Origin: a virus
IMG/VR virus record: IMGVR_UViG_3300009545_000018
Location: 51,224 to 115,223 of that record
DNA: 64,000 bases
Strand: one strand, 5' to 3'
The position numbers and the translations under genes are program-made. This document shows positions 38,421 through 48,600 of this stretch, one piece after another. The notes under the pieces were generated by a model. It did no database searches. It was given only the letters and a program-made list of their open reading frames with translations, and was not told the origin of the DNA. The stretch's first letter is position 1, and every line of letters starts with the position of its first letter.

Positions 38421-38842
38421 AAGTAAAATGTCCTATTTGTGCGACTTGGTTAACCAAAAAATCAAGACGTGATTATTGGAATTATGAAAAAATATACACT
38501 TCATTAATTTGCAATCATTGTGTTCAAAAACAAGGTTACTTCTTTAAAGTAGATTTGTGTGATAATAATGAAGAAGATTTTTATTTATCAATGGCTATGT
38601 CTTTTGTGCATAAAAAATATTATTGTAATGGTAAAATCGTAAATTACAAAAACAATGATATAGATATTTGTTTTTATGTATTCGGCATGCCACATGGTAA
38701 TTTAAAAGATATTACATATGAGAAAAAATTTAACTTTAATGATCTCTGTGATAAAAACATAGATATTTTAGATTACAATGAAGTATATTGGCTTTTTAAA
38801 AAAGAGGCTCGCAGGTGGTCTAAACTACAGGTATTTTCATAA
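38417..38842 (+). CDS. small protein, KLKAF-tail family variant, CPIC N-terminus (KLQVFS)
   Basis: ORF track. Confidence 0.5.
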   Translation: MKVKCPICATWLTKKSRRDYWNYEKIYTSLICNHCVQKQGYFFKVDLCDNNEEDFYLSMAMSFVHKKYYCNGKIVNYKNNDIDICFYVFGMPHGNLKDITYEKKFNFNDLCDKNIDILDYNEVYWLFKKEARRWSKLQVFS

Positions 38843-39720
38843 TGGATAAAATATTGTTAATAGATGGGATGAATCAAATGTGGCGAGCTAATACTACCTT
38901 TGGTCCGCCAATCAAACATATTCAAATTGAAGATAAATGCGCTTGTAAGTCTCCTTGGAATGTTACAGATAACTTTTGTTATGGGGAAAAATATGGTGTA
39001 GTTTTTAATTTCTTTAGAAATCTTAGACCATTAATTGAATTATTTCAGCCCAATAAATGTTTCTTTGTTTTAGAGGGTCATCCTCAATTTAGATATGATT
39101 TATTTTCTGACTACAAAGCTAATAGAATTATCAAGACTGCTTCTGCAGTTAAACAGGAAATATTTGATAAATTTGAAATTATTAAAACACTTATTCGTTA
39201 TTTGCCAATAACAATAGTCAAATCAGATAATTATGAATGTGATGACGTCATTGCAACTCTGGCAGAAAATTTAAAAGATGAAGATGTTACTATACTAAGT
39301 AATGATTCTGATTATATTCAATTATTGCAAAAAGGATATAAAAATCTTTGCATTTATAATCCAATAAAAAAAGTTGCTATGGAAGCTCCATCTTATCCTT
39401 ACGTAGCTTGGAAAAGTTTAGCCGGTGATAAATCTGACAATATTCCCTCACTGTTAACACCCAAGAAAGTTATAAAATGCATGGAAGATCCGACAGCTTT
39501 TCAGGCGTTCCTATCCAGCGAAGAGAATAGAGCAAATTTTAATATTAATCGTCAACTGATAGAGTTTAGGTCAGTACCTGAAGAAGAAATTTCTTTTGTT
39601 GAAGGTATATCTAATTTTGATGCATTACGTAAAGAATTTATCAAAATGAAATTTGACACAATAACAAATGATAAAAGTTGGGAAAAGTATATTAATACAT
39701 TTGATTGTATCAACTTATAG
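38842..39720 (+). CDS. 5'-3' exonuclease / flap endonuclease (RNase H-like, FEN family)
   Basis: N-terminal LLIDGMNQMWRA and GDKSDNIP motifs of the PIN-like 5' nuclease family. Confidence 0.75.
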   Translation: MDKILLIDGMNQMWRANTTFGPPIKHIQIEDKCACKSPWNVTDNFCYGEKYGVVFNFFRNLRPLIELFQPNKCFFVLEGHPQFRYDLFSDYKANRIIKTASAVKQEIFDKFEIIKTLIRYLPITIVKSDNYECDDVIATLAENLKDEDVTILSNDSDYIQLLQKGYKNLCIYNPIKKVAMEAPSYPYVAWKSLAGDKSDNIPSLLTPKKVIKCMEDPTAFQAFLSSEENRANFNINRQLIEFRSVPEEEISFVEGISNFDALRKEFIKMKFDTITNDKSWEKYINTFDCINL

Positions 39721-39728
39721 GAGTATAA

Positions 39729-40193
39729 ATGAAAATATTAAATATTAAATATATTCCGTTCGAGCCTGTTAAGCCTTCTCCGCCATTAGAGTATATTAAA
39801 AAATATAATCCTATTGATGTGGGTTATTATGAAAAAGAATTTACCATTGCAGATATTGAAAAGAAATTACCTCCCAATATCATGTTGAGCGATGTAATTT
39901 TTGTTCTTGAATCTTCTTATGAAGATGATAGTACTACTATTACTACTACTTCTATTTTTTATCTTACTAAAATTAAAAATCCCAAATACGAATCGGAATT
40001 GAAAAAATATAATAAAGAAATTGAAATTTACAATAAAAAATATTCTAAATTTCAAGTAGAATTAAAAGAATATGAAGAACAACAAGCCGCGAAGCAGCTA
40101 TTATTGGAAAGCCAGGCTTTACAAAGAGCAGAGAAAGAATTATTGGCAGCTCAGCGTAAAGTAGAAAAACTTAAGAAAAAATTAAAAGTATAA
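39729..40193 (+). CDS. hypothetical coiled-coil protein
   Basis: SD AGGAGTATAAATG. Confidence 0.5.
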   Translation: MKILNIKYIPFEPVKPSPPLEYIKKYNPIDVGYYEKEFTIADIEKKLPPNIMLSDVIFVLESSYEDDSTTITTTSIFYLTKIKNPKYESELKKYNKEIEIYNKKYSKFQVELKEYEEQQAAKQLLLESQALQRAEKELLAAQRKVEKLKKKLKV

Positions 40194-40787
40194 ATGAATA
40201 TATTTATAATTGGATTACCACGATCAGGTCGCACTACAATTGCAAAAGAAATTTCTAAGAAATTAGGATATACTTATGTATCAAGCACTGATTGGATTAA
40301 ACAAACTTTTAGATTGCAAAATCCAGATGAACATGAGCAGTCTTATGTGGAAGAATATCAAAAATATGTTTTTGATAGATTAAAAGTAAATCCAGATCTT
40401 AATGTAAAAAATATTGTAGATACCATGGCTTGCCAGAAAGATAATAATTTTATTATTGATGGCATTAGTTCCCCCCGAGACTTTGTTAATTTATTTGACT
40501 ACAATAAAGATATTGTAGTTATTTTGAATAGAGTTGATAACGAACATTATCATAAAGATTATGATGGTATCTTTATTTCAGCCGTTAAAGATTATTGTTT
40601 TTGGTTAGCTGCCGCCGAATTATTAGAAAAATCACATTGGCTTGAATATAATTTTAAAATAAAGGGAGAGCCTTTAGATATTGTTAAACCTATGGGGGCA
40701 AAAAATTCTGTTTTCTTGGTCAAGAATATTAATCGAGTTATATCTCACTTAGAAGAACAAGTGAGGAATGTTGTTAAATTATCCTAA
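40194..40787 (+). CDS. P-loop nucleoside/nucleotide kinase-like protein
   Basis: Walker A GLPRSGRTT at N-terminus; about 200 aa. Confidence 0.5.
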   Translation: MNIFIIGLPRSGRTTIAKEISKKLGYTYVSSTDWIKQTFRLQNPDEHEQSYVEEYQKYVFDRLKVNPDLNVKNIVDTMACQKDNNFIIDGISSPRDFVNLFDYNKDIVVILNRVDNEHYHKDYDGIFISAVKDYCFWLAAAELLEKSHWLEYNFKIKGEPLDIVKPMGAKNSVFLVKNINRVISHLEEQVRNVVKLS

Positions 40788-41535
40788 TGATTTTATAAAT
40801 AAAATTATTTGTGGCGACTCAATTGAAATAATGAAACAGATGCCCAACGAATCTGTTGATTTAGTTATTACGTCACCACCATATAATCTTAATATAAGAA
40901 AAACATATGCCAATACTGCAAAGAATTTCAAAGGCAAATGGAATAACTCTAAATTACAATTATCTGGTTATGATTCTCATTTAGATAATATGCCGGAAGA
41001 TAAATATATTGAGTGGCAGCAAAATATTCTTAAAGAATGTTTCAGGTTAATTAAAGATGATGGTGCAATATTTTACAATCACAAATGGAGAGTTCAAAAG
41101 GGACTTTATCAGCAAAGATTAGAAATTATACAAGGATTACCATTAAGGCAAATTATTATCTGGAAAAAAGCAGGTGGTATTAATTTTAATGAAGGTTATT
41201 ATTTGCCAACATATGAAATTATTTATTTGATAACTAAGCCTAAATTTAAAATTGCTAATAAATCATATAAGTATGGTGATGTTTGGGAAATACCACAACA
41301 AAAAGGTAGTTGGCACCCAGCTCCATTTCCTTTAGAAATACCTAAACGATGTTTAGAGTCTACTAACGGAGATGTAATTCTAGATCCTTTTATGGGGTCC
41401 GGAACTGTTGCTGAGGCTTGTATTAAAGCAAACAAGAACTATATAGGAATTGATATTTCTTCAGAATACTGTACAGAAACTGAGAAGCGACTTAGCTCAA
41501 TCGTCCAACCCAGTAATGTGCAAATTATTAAGTAA
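40768..41535 (+). CDS. DNA methyltransferase, N6-adenine/N4-cytosine, beta-class (SPPY)
   Basis: Motif IV DLVITSPPYN then FxGxG-type AdoMet motif DPFMGSGTV at C-terminus (circularly permuted beta order). Confidence 0.75.
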   Translation: MLLNYPNDFINKIICGDSIEIMKQMPNESVDLVITSPPYNLNIRKTYANTAKNFKGKWNNSKLQLSGYDSHLDNMPEDKYIEWQQNILKECFRLIKDDGAIFYNHKWRVQKGLYQQRLEIIQGLPLRQIIIWKKAGGINFNEGYYLPTYEIIYLITKPKFKIANKSYKYGDVWEIPQQKGSWHPAPFPLEIPKRCLESTNGDVILDPFMGSGTVAEACIKANKNYIGIDISSEYCTETEKRLSSIVQPSNVQIIK

Positions 41536-41666
41536 TTCTTGAAAAATCTTATCAGCATACTCTTTTGAATCTTGAGTGGTTGATTGATTAGCTTTATCAA
41601 TTGCATCTTGAGCCGTTTTGTTAAGTTTAGCTTCCTTAACAATTTTATTTATAATATTTTTCTTGT

Positions 41667-42419
41667 TCATAGTAATCCGCCTTGTAAGTGATTTATAATT
41701 TTTGAAGTTGTTTCAGTTAATGGTATAAAGAACTTAACTTGATTATATTTAGTATATAATTCATTACCATACTGTATTAGTTTTTCTATTTCTTCTTTAG
41801 GGCTATCAGCATTTACAGATAATATTTCATTCTTAAAAATTAAAAATTTACTACTATGTTCAGCATATACCCTAACTTCATTTTGTTGTTCTGCATAATT
41901 ATTCATAGCCTTATTTAATTCTTTGGTTGTCTTTGCTAAATATGCAGTATCATTATTTTGTTTAGCAACAGCCACATTATTTATCAAATTTTCAAATAAG
42001 ATATTTTTTTCGGACATTAATTTTCGTATAATTGATTTTTTTATTTCATGTTTTTGTGTAGCAATTCTGGTTTGCAACTGTAAACATAGCCCTTCTAAGT
42101 TATTTGATTTTTTTATTTCTCTTAGTTTGGTTGCTATTTCCTTATTTTTATTTTGTCTTTCAATAAATTTTGGATGATTTTCTAGCTCTAAATTTATCAG
42201 CTGTAATTCTTTTTCTAAATCTTGTTTTTTTGCCGGATCTATTTCGTTTTTTAAAAGTTGTAAAACTATTTTTTTACGATTTAATAATTCAGATCCATCA
42301 TAAAACTTTGATAAATATTTTCTTTGTCTTTCTTTTGCTTTAGAACGATATAAAGATCTTTTATTAGGATCCATCATAATTTTTTTATATTGTTCTTTTC
42401 TTTTATCTATTTTGGGCAT
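41667..42419 (-). CDS. coiled-coil protein, paralog of the C-terminal half of 42423-43808
   Basis: Shared blocks (QTRIATQK, NKAMNNYAEQQNEVRVYAEHS) with the upstream minus-strand gene. Confidence 0.55.
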   Translation of the reverse strand: MPKIDKRKEQYKKIMMDPNKRSLYRSKAKERQRKYLSKFYDGSELLNRKKIVLQLLKNEIDPAKKQDLEKELQLINLELENHPKFIERQNKNKEIATKLREIKKSNNLEGLCLQLQTRIATQKHEIKKSIIRKLMSEKNILFENLINNVAVAKQNNDTAYLAKTTKELNKAMNNYAEQQNEVRVYAEHSSKFLIFKNEILSVNADSPKEEIEKLIQYGNELYTKYNQVKFFIPLTETTSKIINHLQGGLL

Positions 42420-42422
42420 AAA

Positions 42423-43808
42423 TTATAATTTGCTTTGCAAATAGCTAACGATTTGAGATGTTGTATCTACAACAGTTTTAAAAAATTTAACTTGTTGGTA
42501 ATTCATACAAAGTTCTTTGCCATTATCAATTAGTGCTTGCACAGCAGGTTTAGCCTCTTCTGGTACGCCAGAATCTAACCAACCTAATTTATTTAATTCT
42601 TTAACTTGATCTTTGTAAGCTTTGAATTTCAAACTATGTTCAACATATACTTTAACTTCATTTTGTTGATCGGCATATGCACTCATTGCCTTATTTAATT
42701 CTTTTGTGGCAGCTGTTAATGCTACAGTATCATTTGCTTCTTTAGCTTTTTCAATAGCGTCTAATTGTGGCTTAAACATAGAATCTTTATTGGCTAATAA
42801 TTTATCAGTTATACTTTGTTTTACTACAATTTTTTGAGTGGCTATTCTTTGTTGTAAATGAGTTAATAAACCATCTAAATTACCACTTTCTTTAACATTT
42901 CTAATCTTTGTAGCAACATCCTTATTCTTATCATGGCGTCTTAGAAAGTCTTTTTGTTTTTGTAGCTCTTGATCTATTTCCAATAACTCTTGTTCTAGTT
43001 TGTGAGTCTTTTCAACACTAGTTTCATTTTTAAGCATTCTGATAATCAATTCTTTACGAGCTTGTAAATCAGTACCAGATTTAAATTTTTCTAAATATTT
43101 CGCTTGTCTTTCTTTAGCTTTAGTACGATAAATTCCTTTTTTAATAGGATCATCCATTATATCTCTGTATAATTTACGACGAGATTCGATATAAGAACGA
43201 TATTGTGGATGGTTAGGATTTAGTTTTTTTAAAGCCATTAGGTTTTCAAACCAGCGTTTTTTAGCTTCTAAATTTTGTCTAACTTTATCTCCAGTCCAAG
43301 TAATGTTTTTGTCGCCCTTATCAATGCCTTGTTGATTAAACTCTTTAGCTAATTGGGCAGCTTTCATATCAGAAATTTCAAAGTCTTCACCAGCAAAAGA
43401 CTTTAATTTATTAGCGGCATCATCATATACTTGTACTACAAAGGTTAAGAAGTCGGCAGGATTAAAGTTTTCGTCCCATCCTTGTTCTTCTGTTAGATTA
43501 AAGTATGGATTTTTAATGATTCTTTCTAATCTTTTTTCTAGAGTTGTTAAGAGTTCACCAGCATCTTCGAAGTTTTCTGGGTCTAAATGTTCTGAATCTG
43601 TCTTAAGAGTATTCATTAGCTCTTTATATCCAGACATGAATGTCTCAAATTGTTGAAACAGCTCTTCATCTCTAATATCATAATCTTCAGATTTGGTTAA
43701 AATATCTGCAACTGAAGCTGCTATTTTAACCATATGATACTCAAAATGAGCATCAATGGAGAATTTTTCTATACGATTGACAAGTTGTGCTAGTTTATCC
43801 ATCTTCAC
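42423..43808 (-). CDS. large coiled-coil protein (461 aa)
   Basis: Minus-strand ORF; C-terminal 250 aa paralogous to 41667-42419. Confidence 0.55.
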   Translation of the reverse strand: MKMDKLAQLVNRIEKFSIDAHFEYHMVKIAASVADILTKSEDYDIRDEELFQQFETFMSGYKELMNTLKTDSEHLDPENFEDAGELLTTLEKRLERIIKNPYFNLTEEQGWDENFNPADFLTFVVQVYDDAANKLKSFAGEDFEISDMKAAQLAKEFNQQGIDKGDKNITWTGDKVRQNLEAKKRWFENLMALKKLNPNHPQYRSYIESRRKLYRDIMDDPIKKGIYRTKAKERQAKYLEKFKSGTDLQARKELIIRMLKNETSVEKTHKLEQELLEIDQELQKQKDFLRRHDKNKDVATKIRNVKESGNLDGLLTHLQQRIATQKIVVKQSITDKLLANKDSMFKPQLDAIEKAKEANDTVALTAATKELNKAMSAYADQQNEVKVYVEHSLKFKAYKDQVKELNKLGWLDSGVPEEAKPAVQALIDNGKELCMNYQQVKFFKTVVDTTSQIVSYLQSKL

Positions 43809-43859
43809 CTTTAATTCAAAAGTATTCGATTTTATTACCTAAGATGATATATCATTTGT

Positions 43860-44768
43860 ATGAATAAAACAATAAAATCTCCTTATTCTTTATTTGGAGG
43901 AAAATCTAAAGTATCTTCTATAATTTGGGAAAGATTAGGTGAAGTTTCTAATTATATTGAGCCATTTGCTGGAACTTTGGCGGTTTTATTAGGAAACCCT
44001 AATATTCCAAAAATAGAAACAGTTAATGATATAAATTGTTATATTGCTAATTTTTGGCGAGCTGTTGCTGCTGAACCGGATAAAGTAGCAAGTTTTGCAG
44101 ATTACCCATTAACACAAACCGACTTGCATGCCCGCCATAGATGGTTAGTTTCCAGCACCAATGATAATTTTCGATTAAAAATGGATACAGATCCTGACTT
44201 TTATGATGTAAAAATTGCAGGATGGTGGTTATGGGGAATAGGCGCATCTATTGGAAATAATTGGTTAAATTCGAAGGGGTTAAATTCTATGCCTTTATTG
44301 TCTTCCGCAGGGGGAGGCATTCATGGATTAACCAATAATATTGATGACTGGATGCATCAATTACAAAAAAGAATGCGCCGAGTTCGGGTAGCATGTGGCG
44401 ATTGGAAAAAAATACTTACTCCATCTATTAGCTTTAATAACAAAGGATTAACTGATAAAGATATAACTGGAATTTTGTTAGATCCGCCATATGATTTTAC
44501 TTCAAGATCTAAAGTTTATGATAATGATGAAGATATTTTTCTTAATGTAGTTAAGTGGGCTGTTGAAAATGGTAGCAACCCTAGATTAAGAATAGCTTTA
44601 TGTGGTTATGATGGAGATTGGGGAATTCCAGATTCTTGGGAGAAATATAACTGGAAAGCCAATGGCGGGATGGCAAACCTGGGAAATAAACAAGGCAAAC
44701 AAAATGCTAATAAAGAAGTAATATGGTTTTCTCCTTTTTGTTTAAAGTCAGAAAATGAAATTATATAA
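43860..44768 (+). CDS. Dam-like DNA N6-adenine methyltransferase (alpha-class, DPPY)
   Basis: N-terminal FGGK ... EPFAGTLAV AdoMet motif and DPPY catalytic motif. Confidence 0.75.
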   Translation: MNKTIKSPYSLFGGKSKVSSIIWERLGEVSNYIEPFAGTLAVLLGNPNIPKIETVNDINCYIANFWRAVAAEPDKVASFADYPLTQTDLHARHRWLVSSTNDNFRLKMDTDPDFYDVKIAGWWLWGIGASIGNNWLNSKGLNSMPLLSSAGGGIHGLTNNIDDWMHQLQKRMRRVRVACGDWKKILTPSISFNNKGLTDKDITGILLDPPYDFTSRSKVYDNDEDIFLNVVKWAVENGSNPRLRIALCGYDGDWGIPDSWEKYNWKANGGMANLGNKQGKQNANKEVIWFSPFCLKSENEII

Positions 44769-45003
44769 TAACTTAAAAAAACATCTTAATAAGTCTAATC
44801 TAGAATTAACTCAAGATATGGCATATTATATAGCTCTTGCCATTAAAGAGTATTTGCCTAGCTTTTACGAAAGAGCTAAGAAATCTGATTGTGATGATTT
44901 AAAGTTAGTAAAATATACTGATGCTTTAGATTTAACTGAAGAGGAAATTATAAAGATATTAAAGTATGCTGGTAAAATTGGAAATTTAAAAGCTTTTATT
45001 TAA
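44755..45003 (+). CDS. small protein, KLKAF-tail family (NLKAFI)
   Basis: ORF track; four-gene paralogous array 44755-45709 sharing Y..A.....P(E/S)FY. Confidence 0.55.
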   Translation: MKLYNNLKKHLNKSNLELTQDMAYYIALAIKEYLPSFYERAKKSDCDDLKLVKYTDALDLTEEEIIKILKYAGKIGNLKAFI

Positions 45004-45008
45004 AGATT

Positions 45009-45239
45009 ATGAAACTAAAACAAGGTTTTTCTAAAACAAAAATAACAAAAGACATGTATCCTATGTTATTATTTGCTATTAAGCAAGTATTGCCAGAATT
45101 TTATAATGCATGTTACAGTAGAAGAATGAATGAAACGACTATAATTTTATTCGCCTTAAACGAAAGTATTGATGAAATATCTTATTATAAAATAATTGAT
45201 ATCTGTGAAAAATATAAATCTATGCAGGCATTTTCATGA
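45009..45239 (+). CDS. small protein, KLKAF-tail family variant (SMQAFS)
   Basis: ORF track. Confidence 0.5.
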   Translation: MKLKQGFSKTKITKDMYPMLLFAIKQVLPEFYNACYSRRMNETTIILFALNESIDEISYYKIIDICEKYKSMQAFS

Positions 45240-45472
45240 CATCAATTAATAAAATTTTAGATTACAAGGCAATAGATATTGTAAAAAATTACCCAATTCT
45301 TATTTTAGTTATTAAAGAAATTTTTCCAGACATATATGACAGCAAGAAAATAGAAAATTGGTCTGACTTAACTATTATCTCTTATATTTTAAATTTAAAA
45401 ATAAATACAATTACAGTAGGCAAATTTCTTTTGTTATATGATAGGTATCAAAAATTTTATGTGTTTAGTTAA
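45236..45472 (+). CDS. small protein, KLKAF-tail family variant (KFYVFS)
   Basis: ORF track. Confidence 0.5.
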   Translation: MTSINKILDYKAIDIVKNYPILILVIKEIFPDIYDSKKIENWSDLTIISYILNLKINTITVGKFLLLYDRYQKFYVFS

Positions 45473-45709
45473 ATGAAAATTAATACATTAATGTATAGTT
45501 GTGATTGGGAAGTTTTATTTCTAGCAATTAGTCAAGTGTATCCAGAAATGGTTATAGAGGCTAAAAAATATTTAGTTGGAAAATACGGACATTATATTTC
45601 AAATGAAACTATTATTGGCTATTGTGCAGTACAAATTGACTCTAGTTTAGATTCAAAATTAGTTGTTGATGTCTATAATAGATTATTGAAGTTAAAAAGT
45701 TTTACTTAA
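45473..45709 (+). CDS. small protein, KLKAF-tail family (KLKSFT)
   Basis: ORF track. Confidence 0.5.
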   Translation: MKINTLMYSCDWEVLFLAISQVYPEMVIEAKKYLVGKYGHYISNETIIGYCAVQIDSSLDSKLVVDVYNRLLKLKSFT

Positions 45710-45741
45710 CGGGCACTTATATCGATGAAGAAAGAAAAATT

Positions 45742-46932
45742 ATGCAAGTAATATATACTGGTGAAAAAATACCTAAGAAGATAACGAAATCAATATTTTT
45801 GGCTGGACCATCTGCTCGTCCTGGACAAGAAGATGAAGTAGCTCATTGGCGTCATGATGCTATTAAGATCTTAGAAGATAAGGGGTTTGACGGAGTAATA
45901 TTTAGTCCAGAAAATAGGGACGGTTCTTTTGGTAAGGATTTTGATTATGATGATCAAATAGATTGGGAAGATGAGTGTCTTAATATTGCTGATTGTATTT
46001 TGTTTTGGGTTCCACGAGATTTATCACTAGATTCTAATGGTAATTTGAAATTAGGAGGACTTACAACTAATGTGGAATTTGGCGCATGGTGTAATTCTGG
46101 CAAAGTATTATTTGGTGCTCCCCCTAAAGCAGATAAAGTAAGATATTTACAACGTTATGCTGATACCTATAATTTAGGTAATTATGAAAATTTAACGGAA
46201 CTATTACAGGCAGCTATAGATAAATTGGGAAATGGCGCTGAAAGAAATGAGGGGGAAAGATATGTTCCATTAATGATTTGGAATACTCCATCTTTTCAAT
46301 CTTGGTATACAGCGCAAACTAATGCTGGTAATGTCTTAGAGACTGCCAAATTATTATATTCTTTTCGACCCGGGTTTAAAGACTTTGTATTTCTCTGGAT
46401 TCTTAAAGTTGAAGTTTATATTACATCAGAAAAAAGAAGCAAAACAAATGAATTTGTTCTCGCCAGAACAGATACATCTTCTGTTGTTATGTGGTATCCA
46501 GAAGGTGAATCTATTGAGGAGAATTTAGTTGTCTTAATAAAAGAATTTAGATCTCCAGCATCTACGGAAGATGGTTTCATTTATGAAAATGCCGGCGGAT
46601 CTTCTCATAATCCAAAAGAAGATGCTTTTGACACTGCTATTGAAGAAGTACACGAGGAGACAGGGCTTATGATTGATAGTAAAAGATTAAAATCAATGCA
46701 ATCTAGACAAGTCTGTGGAACATTATCTTCTCATAAAAATTATTTATATTCTTATCAATTAAATAAAGAAGAATTAGATTGGCTAAAATCTCAAGATGGA
46801 ATTGCTCATGGAGTAGAAGAAGATACGGAAAGATCTTTTGTTACTATTTCTAGTGTGGGAGAAATATTGCAAAGCACTAATGTAGATTGGGCTAATTTGG
46901 GCGCTATATTATCAGTAATAGTTAAAAATTAA
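45742..46932 (+). CDS. fusion protein: N-terminal nucleoside 2-deoxyribosyltransferase-like domain plus C-terminal Nudix hydrolase domain
   Basis: N-terminal FLAGP...WE...ADCILFW resembles the NDT / deoxyribonucleotide-N-hydrolase fold; C-terminal Nudix-box remnant AIEEVHEETGL. Confidence 0.5.
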   Translation: MQVIYTGEKIPKKITKSIFLAGPSARPGQEDEVAHWRHDAIKILEDKGFDGVIFSPENRDGSFGKDFDYDDQIDWEDECLNIADCILFWVPRDLSLDSNGNLKLGGLTTNVEFGAWCNSGKVLFGAPPKADKVRYLQRYADTYNLGNYENLTELLQAAIDKLGNGAERNEGERYVPLMIWNTPSFQSWYTAQTNAGNVLETAKLLYSFRPGFKDFVFLWILKVEVYITSEKRSKTNEFVLARTDTSSVVMWYPEGESIEENLVVLIKEFRSPASTEDGFIYENAGGSSHNPKEDAFDTAIEEVHEETGLMIDSKRLKSMQSRQVCGTLSSHKNYLYSYQLNKEELDWLKSQDGIAHGVEEDTERSFVTISSVGEILQSTNVDWANLGAILSVIVKN

Positions 46933-46957
46933 ATCTATTAAAAATAACATATGTATT

Positions 46958-47119
46958 TATGTTATTTGATAAAAGCAAACATGTTTTATTTAGATGTGAG
47001 TCTTGTGGAACAATTGTGTCTGTTGATTTTGAAGACGAAGATGATATTGAAAAGTTAGATGAAAATAAAATTGTATTAGAGTGCCCTTGTGGGGGAAGTT
47101 CCGAGATTTTAAGAAATTA
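46958..47119 (+). CDS. small (53 aa) zinc-ribbon protein MLFDKSKHVLFRCESCG...ECPCGG
   Basis: Below the ORF-track cutoff; four Cys in a CxxC...CxC arrangement. Confidence 0.35.
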
Positions 47120-47171
47120 ATTTTATAAATTATTAAGATATTGACAATATTGGCGAGCACCTTAAATTAGA

Positions 47172-47756
47172 GTGTGCCTAGATTATAAATTTACTATTAC
47201 AGAAAATTATATGACTAATAACTCTTTCATAAATGAATTGTCTCAGTTGCGCCCTAATTCTACCTTTTTAGTCCTTAAAGGTTATCGAAATTCTTATTCT
47301 GAAGTTTCAGATTATAATATAGTTTTTAATGTTAATTATCAAAATGCATTGCAGAAAAGCATTAATTTTCTACAAAATTATACGCCCCTTTCTTCTTTAG
47401 AAATTCAAGCAAAAGATGAATTAATTGCTAGTTATCAAAAATCTTTAACTAAAATGGAAACAATTCCATTTGAGGAACTTGAAGATAATTATCTTCATTT
47501 TAAAGATGATAATGGAGATTATATTAAAGGGGTAAAGTATCATTTGAAATCTGATACTATTCATTTATATGGATTTGTGGTGCATAAAAAAATTATTATC
47601 CCAGGCAATTACCCCCAAGTTAATAAAAGGGAATTAACACTTGTTAAAGATAAATTATCTAAACTAACAATCGTATCAAAATTTAGACAATTTAAGATTG
47701 TACCAGAACAATTAGATTATATTAAAGTTAATAAATTAACAATATTTCCTGAATGA
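47172..47756 (+). CDS. hypothetical protein
   Basis: TTGACA-16-TAAATT promoter-like element just upstream (47149-47176). Confidence 0.5.
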   Translation: MCLDYKFTITENYMTNNSFINELSQLRPNSTFLVLKGYRNSYSEVSDYNIVFNVNYQNALQKSINFLQNYTPLSSLEIQAKDELIASYQKSLTKMETIPFEELEDNYLHFKDDNGDYIKGVKYHLKSDTIHLYGFVVHKKIIIPGNYPQVNKRELTLVKDKLSKLTIVSKFRQFKIVPEQLDYIKVNKLTIFPE

Positions 47757-48508
47757 GAACTATTAATAAATCTACACTTGACTCTATTAAAATAAGGGTT
47801 GAAAAATTTCTTAATAAAAAAGATATTTTATTTTACGATTATGAAAATATGCGAGAAAATATTCTTTTTCTTATTAAAGAGAATGCTGTTCTTAAAGAAA
47901 AATTATTTGATTTAGAACAAGAATTGCCTGATGATAAACGTTGGGAAAACATTTTAGCTTCTAAATTAGAATTAGCATTTTTAGAAAATGAAGCTAAAGA
48001 GTTCTTTGAAATAAATAATTCTATCAATAATCAAACATATACAATTATCATTCAGAAAAAGTTTGGGAAAACACCTAAACAACTTTTGAAATCTTCCGAG
48101 ATTCGTCGTTTAAAAGCAATTAGAAAAATTGTAAGCTTACAAAAGCATATAATAGAATTACAAAAAACTTGCACCGATTATAATAATCAAATTGGTGCTT
48201 TGACAAACATTGTAAGCAAACCTTTTCAAAATGATGAGTCTGTACGATTATCTCGACAAATTGTTGAGGCTGCGCTTCTTAAAGCACAACAATTAGCACA
48301 TTCATTTAATACTCAGTTCATAAAATATGAAACTGTTAAATTACATAAATCATTTACAGCATCTTATTATGAAAGCTGGCGCCGTGCTTCTGACGCAGAA
48401 AGTCAAGTAGAAAAGTTGAAAAACGAAATTAGTAAAATAAAAAGAGTCATTTTGCAAAAGAAATATCCATTCTGTCGGATATATAAAGGAAGATTAAAGA
48501 AAAAATAA
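47753..48508 (+). CDS. coiled-coil hypothetical protein
   Basis: ORF track. Confidence 0.5.
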   Translation: MRTINKSTLDSIKIRVEKFLNKKDILFYDYENMRENILFLIKENAVLKEKLFDLEQELPDDKRWENILASKLELAFLENEAKEFFEINNSINNQTYTIIIQKKFGKTPKQLLKSSEIRRLKAIRKIVSLQKHIIELQKTCTDYNNQIGALTNIVSKPFQNDESVRLSRQIVEAALLKAQQLAHSFNTQFIKYETVKLHKSFTASYYESWRRASDAESQVEKLKNEISKIKRVILQKKYPFCRIYKGRLKKK

Positions 48509-48600
48509 TTTTATTATTTGCAAAACCTTGACGGCAATATACAATGATTTAACTTGTTTGCCTCACAATTCGTTGAATTTATTTCAAATATAAAAGGAGA

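Noticed and set aside
41439-41642. 67-aa minus-strand ORF downstream of the minus-strand coiled-coil genes
   Set aside because: It overlaps the 3' end of the + strand methyltransferase gene by about 100 nt and has no start signal; probably spurious.
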